A stretch of 64,000 bases of DNA from Parcubacteria group bacterium (GCA_016203945.1 JACQLT010000002.1:73585-137584), one strand, 5' to 3'; shown: positions 37,935 to 47,345, counted from the first letter of the stretch. Numbers and translations: made by a program. Notes: a model not told the origin generated them from the sequence alone.

Positions 37935-37947
37935 CCCAGCGCTTCAT

Positions 37948-37997
37948 CCTTGGCCGAACCAAGGTGTGGATAACTAGGTTCGGCCAAGTTATCCACA
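37948..37997. repeat. Composite repeat: 17-bp palindromic boxes plus two DnaA boxes
   Basis: CCTTGGCCGAACCAAGG-TGTGGATAA-CTAGGTTCGGCCAAG-TTATCCACA; segments recur at 52628-52669. Confidence 0.7.
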
Positions 37998-38045
37998 AGG
38001 GGCTATGTTGCGTCAATCTTTGAAGGGTTGGTAGAATGGAATGGT

Positions 38046-40082
38046 ATGAAGAAAAATTTAATGGTAGTAGGCATTGCGCTAACGCTTATCCTTGCAGGTG
38101 GAAGCGTTTTTTTGTGGCAAAGAAGCCAGGCTGATGTACGGGCGGTGAATAAAACACCCCCTATCGGCAATCAAATCGGTAGATTTACGGATATTCTAAA
38201 TAAATTAACTGTTCAAATCGATAATAAACTTGGAGCAACCGTCGCCACCACAACAAAACCAGAACAGACTCAGGAAGAAATAACCGAAGAACCCCCTACT
38301 GCTCAAGAAGATCAGCAGCAACCAGAAATTGCACAGTTGCCGCAAACCAATACGCCAGTAATTCCTCCACAGCCACAACCACAAGAAATTCTATTAGAGA
38401 CTACTCCTGCCATTGAAGAGATTGCGAAAACAGAGAAGACAAGTAAGGGACAAGAGGAGGAAATTGTTATAGAATCGAAACCTGATCGGCTCGCCTGCGC
38501 AATACAAACAAACACATTACCAAAACTTCAAAGTCTCGTGCTGAACGAGATTGCATGGATGGGTACTACAAACTCTGCAACTGATGAGTGGATAGAGCTT
38601 AAAAATATTGCACATCAAGAAATCGCGCTCGCAAACTGGCAGCTGCAAGACGAAGACGGCCAGATTCATTTCATTTTTCCCGATATAAAAATCCAGTCTC
38701 AAGCATTCTATTTGCTCGAACGCACAGATGACAGTACGCTTCCCGATATCACGGCAGATGCGGTCTATAAAGGCAGCTTGGGTAATACAAACGAAGCTCT
38801 CTATCTCTTTGACGCAGAGTGCCTGCTGCAAGACAGCGTAGAGGCAAGTCCCAATTGGCCAGCCGGAGACGCAGAGAAGAAAACTCCTATGGAACGAACA
38901 CTGGATTTGCAATGGCGAACTGCGCCCTCTTCAAGTCCCCGTGCGGAAAATACCCAATCATTCGGCCCAGGGGTCTTTTTTTCTTCAAGTGTTTCTGCTG
39001 GCGGAGGCGGGGGGAGCACATCTAATCCAGTCGTCTATCCAAAAATTCTCATTACAGAACTTCAGGCATCCCCTATTGGAGAACGCTTTATTGAACTCTA
39101 CAATCCAAACGAAACTTCTGTTGATCTTACCGATTGGTACGTCCAAAGAAGAACTGAAGGCGGATCTCTCGGTTCTTTTGTTTCTTCGCCCAATCTTGTT
39201 GGAAAAAGCATATCCGCAAAAAGCCACTTTTTTATCGCGCGGAGCACCTCGTCTTTCTCTAGTCAGGCAGACATCCTTTTAGATCTCACCATAACCGAAC
39301 ACAATACGTTCATTATAAAAAATCCTGCTGGCGAGATTGCAGACAAAGTTGGTGTTGGCCAAAACGCTCCAGAGTTTGAAGGATCCCCAGCTCAGTTTCC
39401 GCCGGAAAATCAGGGTTTGGCAAGAGAGTGGAATCTCTCAACGCAATCCTATGCTGACACAGAGAACGATGCCGAGGACTTTCTCGTCGCTTCTCCAACT
39501 CCAAAAGCACAAAACGCGCAATCTCCCTCAGAGTCCCCGCCGGAAGAACCGGGGCCCGAACCAGAACCAACTCCATCTCAACTCGTGGTATTCAATGAAA
39601 TCGCATGGATGGGCACTGGCGTAAGCGCAAACGATGAATGGATTGAACTTTTGAGCACCGTCACCAGTACAACAACCGATATGACTGGATGGAGGATCGT
39701 GGCGGAAGACGGCACGCCGAATATTGCGCTAAGCGATACTGTTAGTCCCCAAGGATACTACCTGTTAGAACGCACGGCTGATACTACCGTTTCAGATATT
39801 TCAGCGAATAAAATTTACACCGGAGCGCTCAGCAACCAGGGAGAACTGCTGCGTCTTTTTGATGCCCAAAATAATCTTATTGATGTAGTGGATGCTTCCG
39901 GCGGTTGGTTCGCGGGGGATAATACGACAAAACAAAGCATGGAACGGATAAACATTTCCGCATCGGGGTCCACTGCGACAAACTGGGCAAACAATAATCT
40001 TATGAGCGTGAATGGTAAAGCTGCGGACGACACAACGCAAATCAATGGTACGCCAGGCCAACAGAATAGCGTTTCTAACTAA
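38046..40082 (+). CDS. Membrane-anchored protein with three lamin-tail (LTD) domains
   Basis: N-terminal TM; repeated NEIAWMGT...DEWIEL...YLLERT; ITEL...FIELYNP. Confidence 0.75.
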   Translation: MKKNLMVVGIALTLILAGGSVFLWQRSQADVRAVNKTPPIGNQIGRFTDILNKLTVQIDNKLGATVATTTKPEQTQEEITEEPPTAQEDQQQPEIAQLPQTNTPVIPPQPQPQEILLETTPAIEEIAKTEKTSKGQEEEIVIESKPDRLACAIQTNTLPKLQSLVLNEIAWMGTTNSATDEWIELKNIAHQEIALANWQLQDEDGQIHFIFPDIKIQSQAFYLLERTDDSTLPDITADAVYKGSLGNTNEALYLFDAECLLQDSVEASPNWPAGDAEKKTPMERTLDLQWRTAPSSSPRAENTQSFGPGVFFSSSVSAGGGGGSTSNPVVYPKILITELQASPIGERFIELYNPNETSVDLTDWYVQRRTEGGSLGSFVSSPNLVGKSISAKSHFFIARSTSSFSSQADILLDLTITEHNTFIIKNPAGEIADKVGVGQNAPEFEGSPAQFPPENQGLAREWNLSTQSYADTENDAEDFLVASPTPKAQNAQSPSESPPEEPGPEPEPTPSQLVVFNEIAWMGTGVSANDEWIELLSTVTSTTTDMTGWRIVAEDGTPNIALSDTVSPQGYYLLERTADTTVSDISANKIYTGALSNQGELLRLFDAQNNLIDVVDASGGWFAGDNTTKQSMERINISASGSTATNWANNNLMSVNGKAADDTTQINGTPGQQNSVSN

Positions 40083-40085
40083 GCG

Positions 40086-42908
40086 TCATCGGAACTTCTT
40101 GAGCCACTGGCCGGTGTAGCTCTTCTTGCTTTTCATAATATCCTGAGGGGTCCCTTCTGCGACAATCCTTCCCCCGCGATCTCCCCCGTCGGGCCCAAGA
40201 TCTATGACCCAGTCAGAGCTCAAAATTACATCCAGGTTGTGTTCAATCACCACAACCGTGTTTCCCTTTGCCACCAGCTCCTTGAGCACATGAAGAAGTT
40301 TCTTCACGTCGTCAAAGTGCAGCCCCGTGGTGGGCTCGTCTAAGATATATAGCGTTCTGCCGGTGGCGCGCTTCGCAAGTTCGGTAGCAAGCTTTACCCG
40401 CTGAGCCTCTCCTCCAGAAAGAGAAGGGGCAGGCTGGCCAACTTCAATATATCCTAGTCCTACGTCGTTGAGCGTCTTGAGTTTCTGGGTAAGCACCGGG
40501 ATGTTCTTGAAGAATTCGAGCGCTTCTTCTACGGTGAGGCGCAGGGCATCAGAAATATTCTTTCCCTTGTACTCAATCTCCAACACCTCCCTGTTGTATC
40601 GCTTGCCCTGGCATTCTTCGCATTCAACATAGACGTCGGGCAGAAAATACATTTCAATCTTCTTTAATCCTTGGCCTTCGCACGATTCGCACCTTCCTCC
40701 TTTTACGTTGAATGAGAAACGGCCCGCTTCGTATCCCCTGATCTTGGATTCTTTGGTTTTGGCGAACAGGTCGCGAATGGTGTTGAAGGCTCCGGTATAG
40801 GTTGCGGGGTTGGAACGCGGAGTTCTGCCTATTGGCGACTGGTCAATAAGCACCACTTTGTTGAGAAGCTTTGTGCCCTCTATCTTGTCATGGGCTCCGG
40901 GATCCTCTTTTGCGCGGTAGAACTTCTTGAGCAAAGATTTTGCGAGAATATCGTTTACGAGCGTGCTCTTCCCAGACCCCGATACTCCGGTCACGCATAC
41001 GAACCTCTCAAGCGGGATGCGAACATCAACATTTTTTAGGTTGTGCTCTTTTGCTCCTTTGATAACCAGAAATTGAGGTTTCTTGTTCTTGAAATCTGCA
41101 GAGAGAATATATACCCTCTTCTTTCCCACAAGATATTCTCCGGTAAGGGTTTTTGCCCTGAGAAGCTGGGAGGACGTGCCTGCGAATATAATTTTGCCCC
41201 CGTGTTTTCCAGCTCCAGGTCCTACGTCTATAACCCAGTCAGCAGCCTTAATGGTTTGGGAATCGTGTTCCACCACCAGCACGCTATTTCCTATATCTCT
41301 TAGCTGTTTGAGTGTTGTGATGAGCCGGGCTTGGTCTCGCGCATGCAAGCCAATTGAGGGCTCATCTAAGATGTAGAGCACCCCGGTGAGTTTTGAGCCG
41401 ATCTGCGTTGCCAGCCGGATGCGCTGTTCCTCTCCTCCGGAAAGCGTGCCCGCCTTTCTGGAAAGGGTGAGATATTCCAGGCCAACGTCCACGAGGAACT
41501 GCAAGCGGTTCTTGATTTCCTTCACGATAGGGAGCGCGATCGATTTCTCCTGGCTGGATAGTTGAGAAGAAAGAACGCTTGAAAACGCGCTCGCTTTCTC
41601 AATACTAAACTGCACCACGTCATCTATAGATTTCCCAGCTACGTGAACGCTCAGAACTTCCGGCTTTAAGCGTTTCCCCTTGCAGGTCTCGCAGACACGC
41701 TCCACCATGTACTGCTCAATCTCTTCTCTCGCGTAATCAGAATCGGTCTCGTGATACCTGCGCTGAAGCCAGGGGATGACGCCTTCAAATTCATCGTCTC
41801 CCTGAAATACAAGATCTATGACTTTTTTGGGCAGATCTTTTACCGGAGCTGTAAGAGAAAACTTTTCTTGCTTGGCCAATTCCTCCAGCTTCCACCAGAA
41901 GAATCCCTGCCTTCCGATTTTATGAGAAGCATGCGCCCAGGGAAAAATAGCCCCCTCTGCAACAGAAAGGCGCGGATTGGGAATGACGAGGCTGGGATCA
42001 ACCTCTAGCTTTTCTCCCAGGCCCTGGCAGGAAGGACAGGCGCCGTATGGGCTGTTGAAAGAGAACATGCGAGGCTCTATTTCGGGAAGATTGATGCCGC
42101 AGGATTCGCAGGCGAATCGCTCCGAGAACACCATATCTGCCATTCCCTGCCCGCCCGCAACGCTTCGCGTAGCGAGGCGGGCGGGCTGAGCCACCACAAC
42201 AACTCCTTTTCCGAGACGCAGAGCGGTTTCAACCGAATCTGCCAGACGCGACCGGTCCAAATCCTTATCAATGACTAAACGATCCACCACTACGTCAATG
42301 GCGTGCTTCTTTTTCCGGTCAAGCTTTTTCTCCAGCGCCTCTTCAATGCGCCATACAATGCCGTCTATGCGAACCCTCACGAACCCGCCGCGCTGGATTT
42401 CTTCCAGCACCCCCCGGTGTTCGCCTTTCCGATCCCGCACTATAGGACCCAAGATCATGATTTCTTTTCCGGGCTGCAGACGGCTGAGATGCTCTGCGAT
42501 CTGGCTAGGGCTTTGGCGCAGCACCCGCTTTCCGCACCTGGGACAATGCGGAACTCCGATTCTTGCAAACAGCAATCTGAGATAGTCGTAGATTTCGGTG
42601 ATGGTGCCGACAGTAGAACGCGGATTGTGGCTGCTTTTTCTCTGGTCAATGGCGATGGCAGGGCTGATGCCGTCTATACGATCCACATCGGGCTTATCCA
42701 TGACGCCCAAGAACTGGCGCGCGTATGCGGACAATGACTCAACATACCTGCGCTGGCCTTCTGCATAGAGCGTGTCAAACGCGAGCGAACTTTTTCCAGA
42801 ACCCGAAAGTCCGGTAATCACCACGAGCTTGCGTTTGGGAATGTCCACGTCAACATTTTTGAGATTGTGGACACGCGCCCCGCGGATTTGAATAAGATCT
42901 TTTGACAT
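40086..42908 (-). CDS. uvrA: Excinuclease ABC subunit A
   Basis: [23 protein letters not shown], two ABC cassettes, Zn fingers. Confidence 0.98.
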   Translation of the reverse strand: MSKDLIQIRGARVHNLKNVDVDIPKRKLVVITGLSGSGKSSLAFDTLYAEGQRRYVESLSAYARQFLGVMDKPDVDRIDGISPAIAIDQRKSSHNPRSTVGTITEIYDYLRLLFARIGVPHCPRCGKRVLRQSPSQIAEHLSRLQPGKEIMILGPIVRDRKGEHRGVLEEIQRGGFVRVRIDGIVWRIEEALEKKLDRKKKHAIDVVVDRLVIDKDLDRSRLADSVETALRLGKGVVVVAQPARLATRSVAGGQGMADMVFSERFACESCGINLPEIEPRMFSFNSPYGACPSCQGLGEKLEVDPSLVIPNPRLSVAEGAIFPWAHASHKIGRQGFFWWKLEELAKQEKFSLTAPVKDLPKKVIDLVFQGDDEFEGVIPWLQRRYHETDSDYAREEIEQYMVERVCETCKGKRLKPEVLSVHVAGKSIDDVVQFSIEKASAFSSVLSSQLSSQEKSIALPIVKEIKNRLQFLVDVGLEYLTLSRKAGTLSGGEEQRIRLATQIGSKLTGVLYILDEPSIGLHARDQARLITTLKQLRDIGNSVLVVEHDSQTIKAADWVIDVGPGAGKHGGKIIFAGTSSQLLRAKTLTGEYLVGKKRVYILSADFKNKKPQFLVIKGAKEHNLKNVDVRIPLERFVCVTGVSGSGKSTLVNDILAKSLLKKFYRAKEDPGAHDKIEGTKLLNKVVLIDQSPIGRTPRSNPATYTGAFNTIRDLFAKTKESKIRGYEAGRFSFNVKGGRCESCEGQGLKKIEMYFLPDVYVECEECQGKRYNREVLEIEYKGKNISDALRLTVEEALEFFKNIPVLTQKLKTLNDVGLGYIEVGQPAPSLSGGEAQRVKLATELAKRATGRTLYILDEPTTGLHFDDVKKLLHVLKELVAKGNTVVVIEHNLDVILSSDWVIDLGPDGGDRGGRIVAEGTPQDIMKSKKSYTGQWLKKFR
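42145..42186. repeat. Palindromic REP-like element in-frame in uvrA
   Basis: 10-bp stem GCCCGCCCGC/GCGGGCGGGC; encodes [14 protein letters not shown]. Confidence 0.7.
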
Positions 42909-42966
42909 ACAGGTTCATAGTATATACCAATGTCAAAACAAAGAAAAGGGCGGGCAACCCTTGTTA

Positions 42967-42994
42967 TTGAAAGAAATTGTATGTATGGTATACT
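42967..42994 (+). promoter_or_regulatory. sigma70 promoter for the small peptide
   Basis: TTGAAA-16 nt-TATACT with TG extension. Confidence 0.55.
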
Positions 42995-43042
42995 GTATCT
43001 GCAGAACAACGAAACAGCACATTGAGTTGAGGAGGAGAACAT

Positions 43043-43138
43043 ATGTGGCAACGGTTCTCTGCTCTAGACAAATTGTTCTTCGGGGTCCTCGTTATTGGTG
43101 TCTTAATAACGGCAGGACTCAAGATTCCCCTTCCATGA
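43043..43138 (+). CDS. 31-aa single-helix membrane peptide
   Basis: MWQRFSALDKLFFGVLVIGVLITAGLKIPLP; SD GAGGAGG; promoter upstream and terminator downstream. Confidence 0.6.
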   Translation: MWQRFSALDKLFFGVLVIGVLITAGLKIPLP

Positions 43139-43142
43139 ATCT

Positions 43143-43182
43143 AGAACCCTTTCTTGCTCGCGCAGGAAAAGGGTTCTTTTTT
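43143..43182 (+). terminator. Intrinsic terminator after the peptide
   Basis: AGAACCCTTTCTTGC-tcgc-GCAGGAAAAGGGTTCT followed by TTTTT. Confidence 0.75.
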
Positions 43183-43287
43183 ACAACTTGATTCTTTGAC
43201 TTAGTTAAGGATAAGGTGGGGGCAGATATATGAACCATCCCTCACTGCGTTCGGGAGAACCATATAGTTCTCGCTAACGCTCAAACT

Positions 43288-44646
43288 ATGAAGTTTAAAT
43301 ATACAAAGAAAACTGGAATTGGGAAGATTCCGCGAGAAGCCGGGGTTTATTCATTTTGGAGCAAAATAGGCCTGCTCTATATAGGAAAGGCGGCGAACCT
43401 GCGCAGCAGGATAAAAAACCACTTCAAAGTACCCTCCTACAGAGATAACCTGTTCATGGACCAGGTACAGAAAATAGGGTACCTGGAAACCGGCTCTGAA
43501 ATTGAAGCCCTTCTACTGGAGTCCCGGCTCATCAAACACCACCAGCCCAAGTACAACGTCATGTGGCGGGACGACAAGAATTATTTCTATGTCGCCATTA
43601 CCAAAGAGGATCTGCCAAAGGTTTTTCTTACCCACCAACCAAGAAAGGCGCTTGCCTCCGCTTCGTCCGCCAAACCTGCCTGGCCGGCAGGCAGGCCCAC
43701 GGCCTTACCCGAACTTCGCTTCGGCAAGCGCCTTCATGTGAATTACATTGGCCCGTTTACCGAGGGCAAGCCGATTAAGCTGGTCTTAAGAAGCTTACGA
43801 GAGATCTTTCCTTACTATACGTCCAGAAACCATTCGAAAACTCTGTGCCAATATTGCCATCTGGGCCTGTGCCCCGGCCCCGCTCCCGATACAAAGCAGT
43901 ATCGCAAAAACATTCGCAATCTTGTTGCCGTATTGCAAGGCAAAGAAACTTCGGTCTTAAATAATCTAAAAAAAGAAATGCACTTGGCTTCACAGCGCGA
44001 ACAGTACGAAAAAGCGGCCAATCTGCGAAATCAAGTCCAGGCGCTGGAAGCCGTATTTTCGCACTCTTTTCTCTTTTCTCGAGCACCGCACGAAAAACAA
44101 GGGAGGAATTATGCATCTCTGGAACCAGAGCTGCGAGCTATTCTTGGCAGCACAAAAAAAATCGCGCGTATGGAAGCATACGACATCTCCAACATACAGG
44201 GGAAAGAAACAACGGGATCCATGGTCGTATTCGTGAAGGGCCGCCCCGACAAGAATGAATACCGGAAATTCAAGATTCGCCTTGACGGCAAGCCGAATGA
44301 CTTTGCCATGATGGAGGAACTCGTCTTTCGCCGTCTTGCGCATGCGGAATGGCCCGCCCCAGATTTCATGCTCATTGACGGGGGCAAGGGCCAACTCACT
44401 GCTGCACTGAATGCGGCAAAATCCCTGCCTCGCCGGCAGGCAGGCGAAATTCAAAATCCAAAATTCAAAATCGGGGCTCTTGCCAAGCGCAACAACGAGC
44501 TATTTCTTCCAGGAAAGAAGAGCCCCCTACTTTTATCTGACATGTCTTTTGGGTTGCGGAACATACTCTTGCATATCAGAGACGAGGCGCACCGCTTTGC
44601 CATCTCCTATCATCGGAAGCTCCATAGAAAAAGCTCTCTGGGCTAG
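43288..44646 (+). CDS. uvrC: Excinuclease ABC subunit C (short form, no HhH tail)
   Basis: GVY..YIGKA.NLRSR GIY-YIG domain, EALLLE, YEKAANLRN, YDISN, IDGGKGQ, RDEAHRFA. Confidence 0.92.
   Translation: MKFKYTKKTGIGKIPREAGVYSFWSKIGLLYIGKAANLRSRIKNHFKVPSYRDNLFMDQVQKIGYLETGSEIEALLLESRLIKHHQPKYNVMWRDDKNYFYVAITKEDLPKVFLTHQPRKALASASSAKPAWPAGRPTALPELRFGKRLHVNYIGPFTEGKPIKLVLRSLREIFPYYTSRNHSKTLCQYCHLGLCPGPAPDTKQYRKNIRNLVAVLQGKETSVLNNLKKEMHLASQREQYEKAANLRNQVQALEAVFSHSFLFSRAPHEKQGRNYASLEPELRAILGSTKKIARMEAYDISNIQGKETTGSMVVFVKGRPDKNEYRKFKIRLDGKPNDFAMMEELVFRRLAHAEWPAPDFMLIDGGKGQLTAALNAAKSLPRRQAGEIQNPKFKIGALAKRNNELFLPGKKSPLLLSDMSFGLRNILLHIRDEAHRFAISYHRKLHRKSSLG
43645..43734. repeat. Nested palindromic elements in-frame in uvrC (90 bp)
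   Basis: Outer 12-bp stem AAGGCGCTTGCC/GGCAAGCGCCTT; inner CCTGCCT-ggccggc-AGGCAGG. Confidence 0.75.
44424..44472. repeat. 21-bp palindrome plus heptamer tandem repeat in uvrC
   Basis: CCTGCCT-cgccggc-AGGCAGG then AAATTCA AAATCCA AAATTCA AAATC. Confidence 0.7.
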
Positions 44647-44666
44647 CCATGAGCGAAGTCGAAGGG
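44646..44666. repeat. 21-bp REP-like element, family B (intergenic copy)
   Basis: GCCATGAGCGAAGTCGAAGGG; related copies at 58415 and 63290. Confidence 0.65.
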
Positions 44667-44701
44667 TTGACGCAGGAAAAAATAGAGGGTATTATGGACG
44701 C

Positions 44702-45046
44702 ATGCTCCAACGAGCAATATTGCAGACCGCAGGGGCCTTTGCAGGACTATGGTTGGCCTCGCGCTTCCTGGAAAACGTCTCGTTTACCGGGTCTGTCCTC
44801 GTCCTTGGGCAGGCGGCCCTCGTACTCGGAGTGGCAAACGCCTTTCTTAAGCCCATTTTGAACCTTTTGACATTACCCGTACGCATACTCACGCTGGGAC
44901 TTTCCAGTCTCTTGATTAACGTGGCGTTCGTGTGGCTATTGGATATTATATTCCCCGAACTCATCATCGGCAGTATTATTGCGCTCTTAGAAACAACGGT
45001 TGTCGTGTGGATATTTTCCACCATTCTGTCTGTAGCGAAAAAATGA
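44702..45046 (+). CDS. Phage holin family (YvlD-like, 4-TM) membrane protein
   Basis: LGVANAFLKPILNLLTLPVRILTLGL; promoter TTGACG-17-TATTAT ends 6 nt before the ATG. Confidence 0.8.
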   Translation: MLQRAILQTAGAFAGLWLASRFLENVSFTGSVLVLGQAALVLGVANAFLKPILNLLTLPVRILTLGLSSLLINVAFVWLLDIIFPELIIGSIIALLETTVVVWIFSTILSVAKK

Positions 45047-45267
45047 ATATCGATAATCTTCTTACCATAGCTGAAGTTCTGATCGCCGCGTGCGCCATCG
45101 TATTGATTTTGCTTCAGCAGCGGGGCACTGCTCTGGGATCTGCCTTTGGCGGCGGAGAAGGAACTTCGTACGCCACACGAAGAGGCGTTCAGAAATATCT
45201 TTTGTGGGGCACCATCGTTTGTCTTGCATTGTTCGTCGGACTCGCGCTCGTGAGCGTCGCGATCTGA
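45043..45267 (+). CDS. secG: Preprotein translocase subunit SecG
   Basis: LILLQQRGTALGSAFGG...TRRGVQKYL; two TMs. Confidence 0.85.
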   Translation: MNIDNLLTIAEVLIAACAIVLILLQQRGTALGSAFGGGEGTSYATRRGVQKYLLWGTIVCLALFVGLALVSVAI

Positions 45268-45283
45268 TATTAACGTTCCCTTC

Positions 45284-47242
45284 ATGCAACTTCCCTCGCT
45301 TATTCATTGGAAAGAATTCCCACGGATTCTCTCCAGAAAAGAAAAATTGGTTTTCGTATTGCTGGCGGCGATATTTCTGATCTCGTCATTCACCCTCTGG
45401 CGTATGTTTCTCGACAGGTTCACAGAGGTGGTTCCGGCTTCGGGAGGAACGATCGTGGAGGGCGTGGTGGGATTCCCCAGGTTTATCAACCCTCTCTATG
45501 CGGATACCAGGGACGCCGACCGCGACCTTACAGAGCTCGTGTTTTCCGGCCTCTTCACGTACGACTCGACGGGAAGGTTCATTCCCGACCTTGCCCAGAA
45601 CTATCAGGTGCTTGAGGACGGAAAAACCGTTGAGATACAGCTGAAAGAAGACGCGTTCTGGCATGACGGAAAACCTTTTAGGGCAGACGACGTCATGTTC
45701 ACGGTGCGGACCCTTCAGAATCCTAGCGTCAAGAGCCCGGTGCGGGCGAACTGGGCAGGTGTCCAGGTGGAAAAGATTTCTGACCTGAGGGTGCGATTTA
45801 CGCTCAGAGAACCGTATGCCGCCTTTATGGAAAAGCTCACTCTAAAAATCATCCCCGCGCACATCTGGCAAGAGGTTCCAGTGGAACAGATCGCCCTTTC
45901 CCCGCTCAACCTTAAGCCAATCGGCACGGGACCTTACCGCGTGGAGAAAACAATCCAGGATAGGTCTGGGCTGGTGGAAGAAATACGCCTTAAGGCATTT
46001 TCCAAGTACATCAACAAGCAGCCATTCATCTCTTCTCTAACGTTTAAGTTCTTTGAGAACGAGGAGAAGATGCTCTCAGCTGCCCGGAGCGGCCAGATTG
46101 AAAGCTTCCCTGTGTCGTCCCCCAATGCGGCAAAATATGCGGGACTTGGAGAACGCGTGGAGCAATTCTCCCTGCCCCGTGCCTTCAGCATATTCTTCAA
46201 TCTCGCCTCCCCGGAGCAAACATTCCAGGCGCGAGGCGTGAGGCAGGCGCTTGCGCTTGCCATAGACCGAGAAAAGCTCGCGCAAACCCTTGCCCCAGAC
46301 GCCAAGGCAGCATTTTCTCCACTGCTTCCCGAGTTCTTTGGATTTGATTCTCCTGCTCTTGCGGCGCCCGACAAAACAGGAGCTCTCGCCCTTCTCAAGC
46401 AAGCTGGGTTCCGAGAACTTGACGGAAAGCTCACCAAGCCGGAAAAAGAAAGAGGCACATTCCGCTCTGATCTCAAGCGAGGAAGCCAGAACCAGGAGGT
46501 GAAACTTTTACAGCAATGCCTTGCCGATCAGCCTGGAATCTATCCTTTGGGGACGGTAAACGGCGTGTTCGGACCCTCTACGCAACAGGCGGTCATCCGA
46601 TTCCAAGAAACGTACGCTCAGGAAATCTTGGCTCCCTCGGGCCTTACCAAAGGAAACGGACAGGTGAAAGCCGGGACGCGCGCAAAGCTCAACGAAATCT
46701 GCTTTCCTCAAACCGGAGACGATTCATTCAGCATTACTCTTACCACGGTAGCCCAGCCGACCCTTCAGAAAGTGGCAGAATTCGTACAGGGGGAATGGCA
46801 GCAGCTCGGCATACAGGTCTACATCAACGCGGTGTCTCCAGAAGACATGGCAATGAACATCATCAAGCCGAGGAACTACGAGGCGCTCTTGTTCGGAGAA
46901 GCCCTGGGCATCGTACCAGATCCCCTGCCCTTCTGGCATTCTTCTCAGGTCGTAGATCCCGGCCTAAACATAGCCGGCTACGAAAACAAGCAGGCAGACG
47001 CCTTGCTGGAAAAGATCAGGAAGGAAACGGACACGACAAAGCGCAATGCGTTCATGAAACAGCTCCAGGACATATTGCTCGCGGACATGCCCGCCGTGGC
47101 CTTGTATGACTTGAGCTACTCATACGTGGTGCCCGACCGCCTCAAAGGCATTGAGGGGTACAAGATAGCGGATCCTTCCCAACGCTTTGCGAATGTGGGA
47201 GAGTGGTATATAAAGACAGGGAGAAAATGGAAATTCTTTTAA
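45284..47242 (+). CDS. ABC peptide-binding protein (SBP family 5) with inserted peptidoglycan-binding domain
   Basis: GGTIVEG, FINP, PDLA, WHDGKPF.ADDV.FT, PIGTGPY; insert LKRGSQNQEVKLLQ...FGPSTQQAVIRFQ. Confidence 0.85.
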   Translation: MQLPSLIHWKEFPRILSRKEKLVFVLLAAIFLISSFTLWRMFLDRFTEVVPASGGTIVEGVVGFPRFINPLYADTRDADRDLTELVFSGLFTYDSTGRFIPDLAQNYQVLEDGKTVEIQLKEDAFWHDGKPFRADDVMFTVRTLQNPSVKSPVRANWAGVQVEKISDLRVRFTLREPYAAFMEKLTLKIIPAHIWQEVPVEQIALSPLNLKPIGTGPYRVEKTIQDRSGLVEEIRLKAFSKYINKQPFISSLTFKFFENEEKMLSAARSGQIESFPVSSPNAAKYAGLGERVEQFSLPRAFSIFFNLASPEQTFQARGVRQALALAIDREKLAQTLAPDAKAAFSPLLPEFFGFDSPALAAPDKTGALALLKQAGFRELDGKLTKPEKERGTFRSDLKRGSQNQEVKLLQQCLADQPGIYPLGTVNGVFGPSTQQAVIRFQETYAQEILAPSGLTKGNGQVKAGTRAKLNEICFPQTGDDSFSITLTTVAQPTLQKVAEFVQGEWQQLGIQVYINAVSPEDMAMNIIKPRNYEALLFGEALGIVPDPLPFWHSSQVVDPGLNIAGYENKQADALLEKIRKETDTTKRNAFMKQLQDILLADMPAVALYDLSYSYVVPDRLKGIEGYKIADPSQRFANVGEWYIKTGRKWKFF

Positions 47243-47258
47243 TTAATCATCAAACTTT

Positions 47259-47345
47259 GGGCGAGTGGCGAAACTGGCAGACGCGCTAGCTTCAGGAGCT
47301 AGTGACCGCAAGGTCGTGGAGGTTCAAATCCTCTCTCGCCCACCA
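47259..47345 (+). tRNA. tRNA-Leu (CAG)
   Basis: Acceptor GGGCGAG/CTCGCCC-A-CCA, anticodon arm CTAGC-TTCAGGA-GCTAG, long variable arm, GGTTCAAATCC. Confidence 0.95.

Noticed and set aside
37948-37997. Replication origin
   Set aside because: Only two DnaA boxes, no AT-rich unwinding region, no dnaA/dnaN nearby; kept only as a repeat finding.
42909-43287. Canonical LexA boxes between uvrA and uvrC
   Set aside because: No CTGT-N8-ACAG or GAAC-N4-GTTC match was seen; the nearest palindrome has a 6-nt spacer.
44702-45046. Prophage suggested by the holin-family gene
   Set aside because: This 4-TM family is commonly chromosomal and no phage genes flank it.
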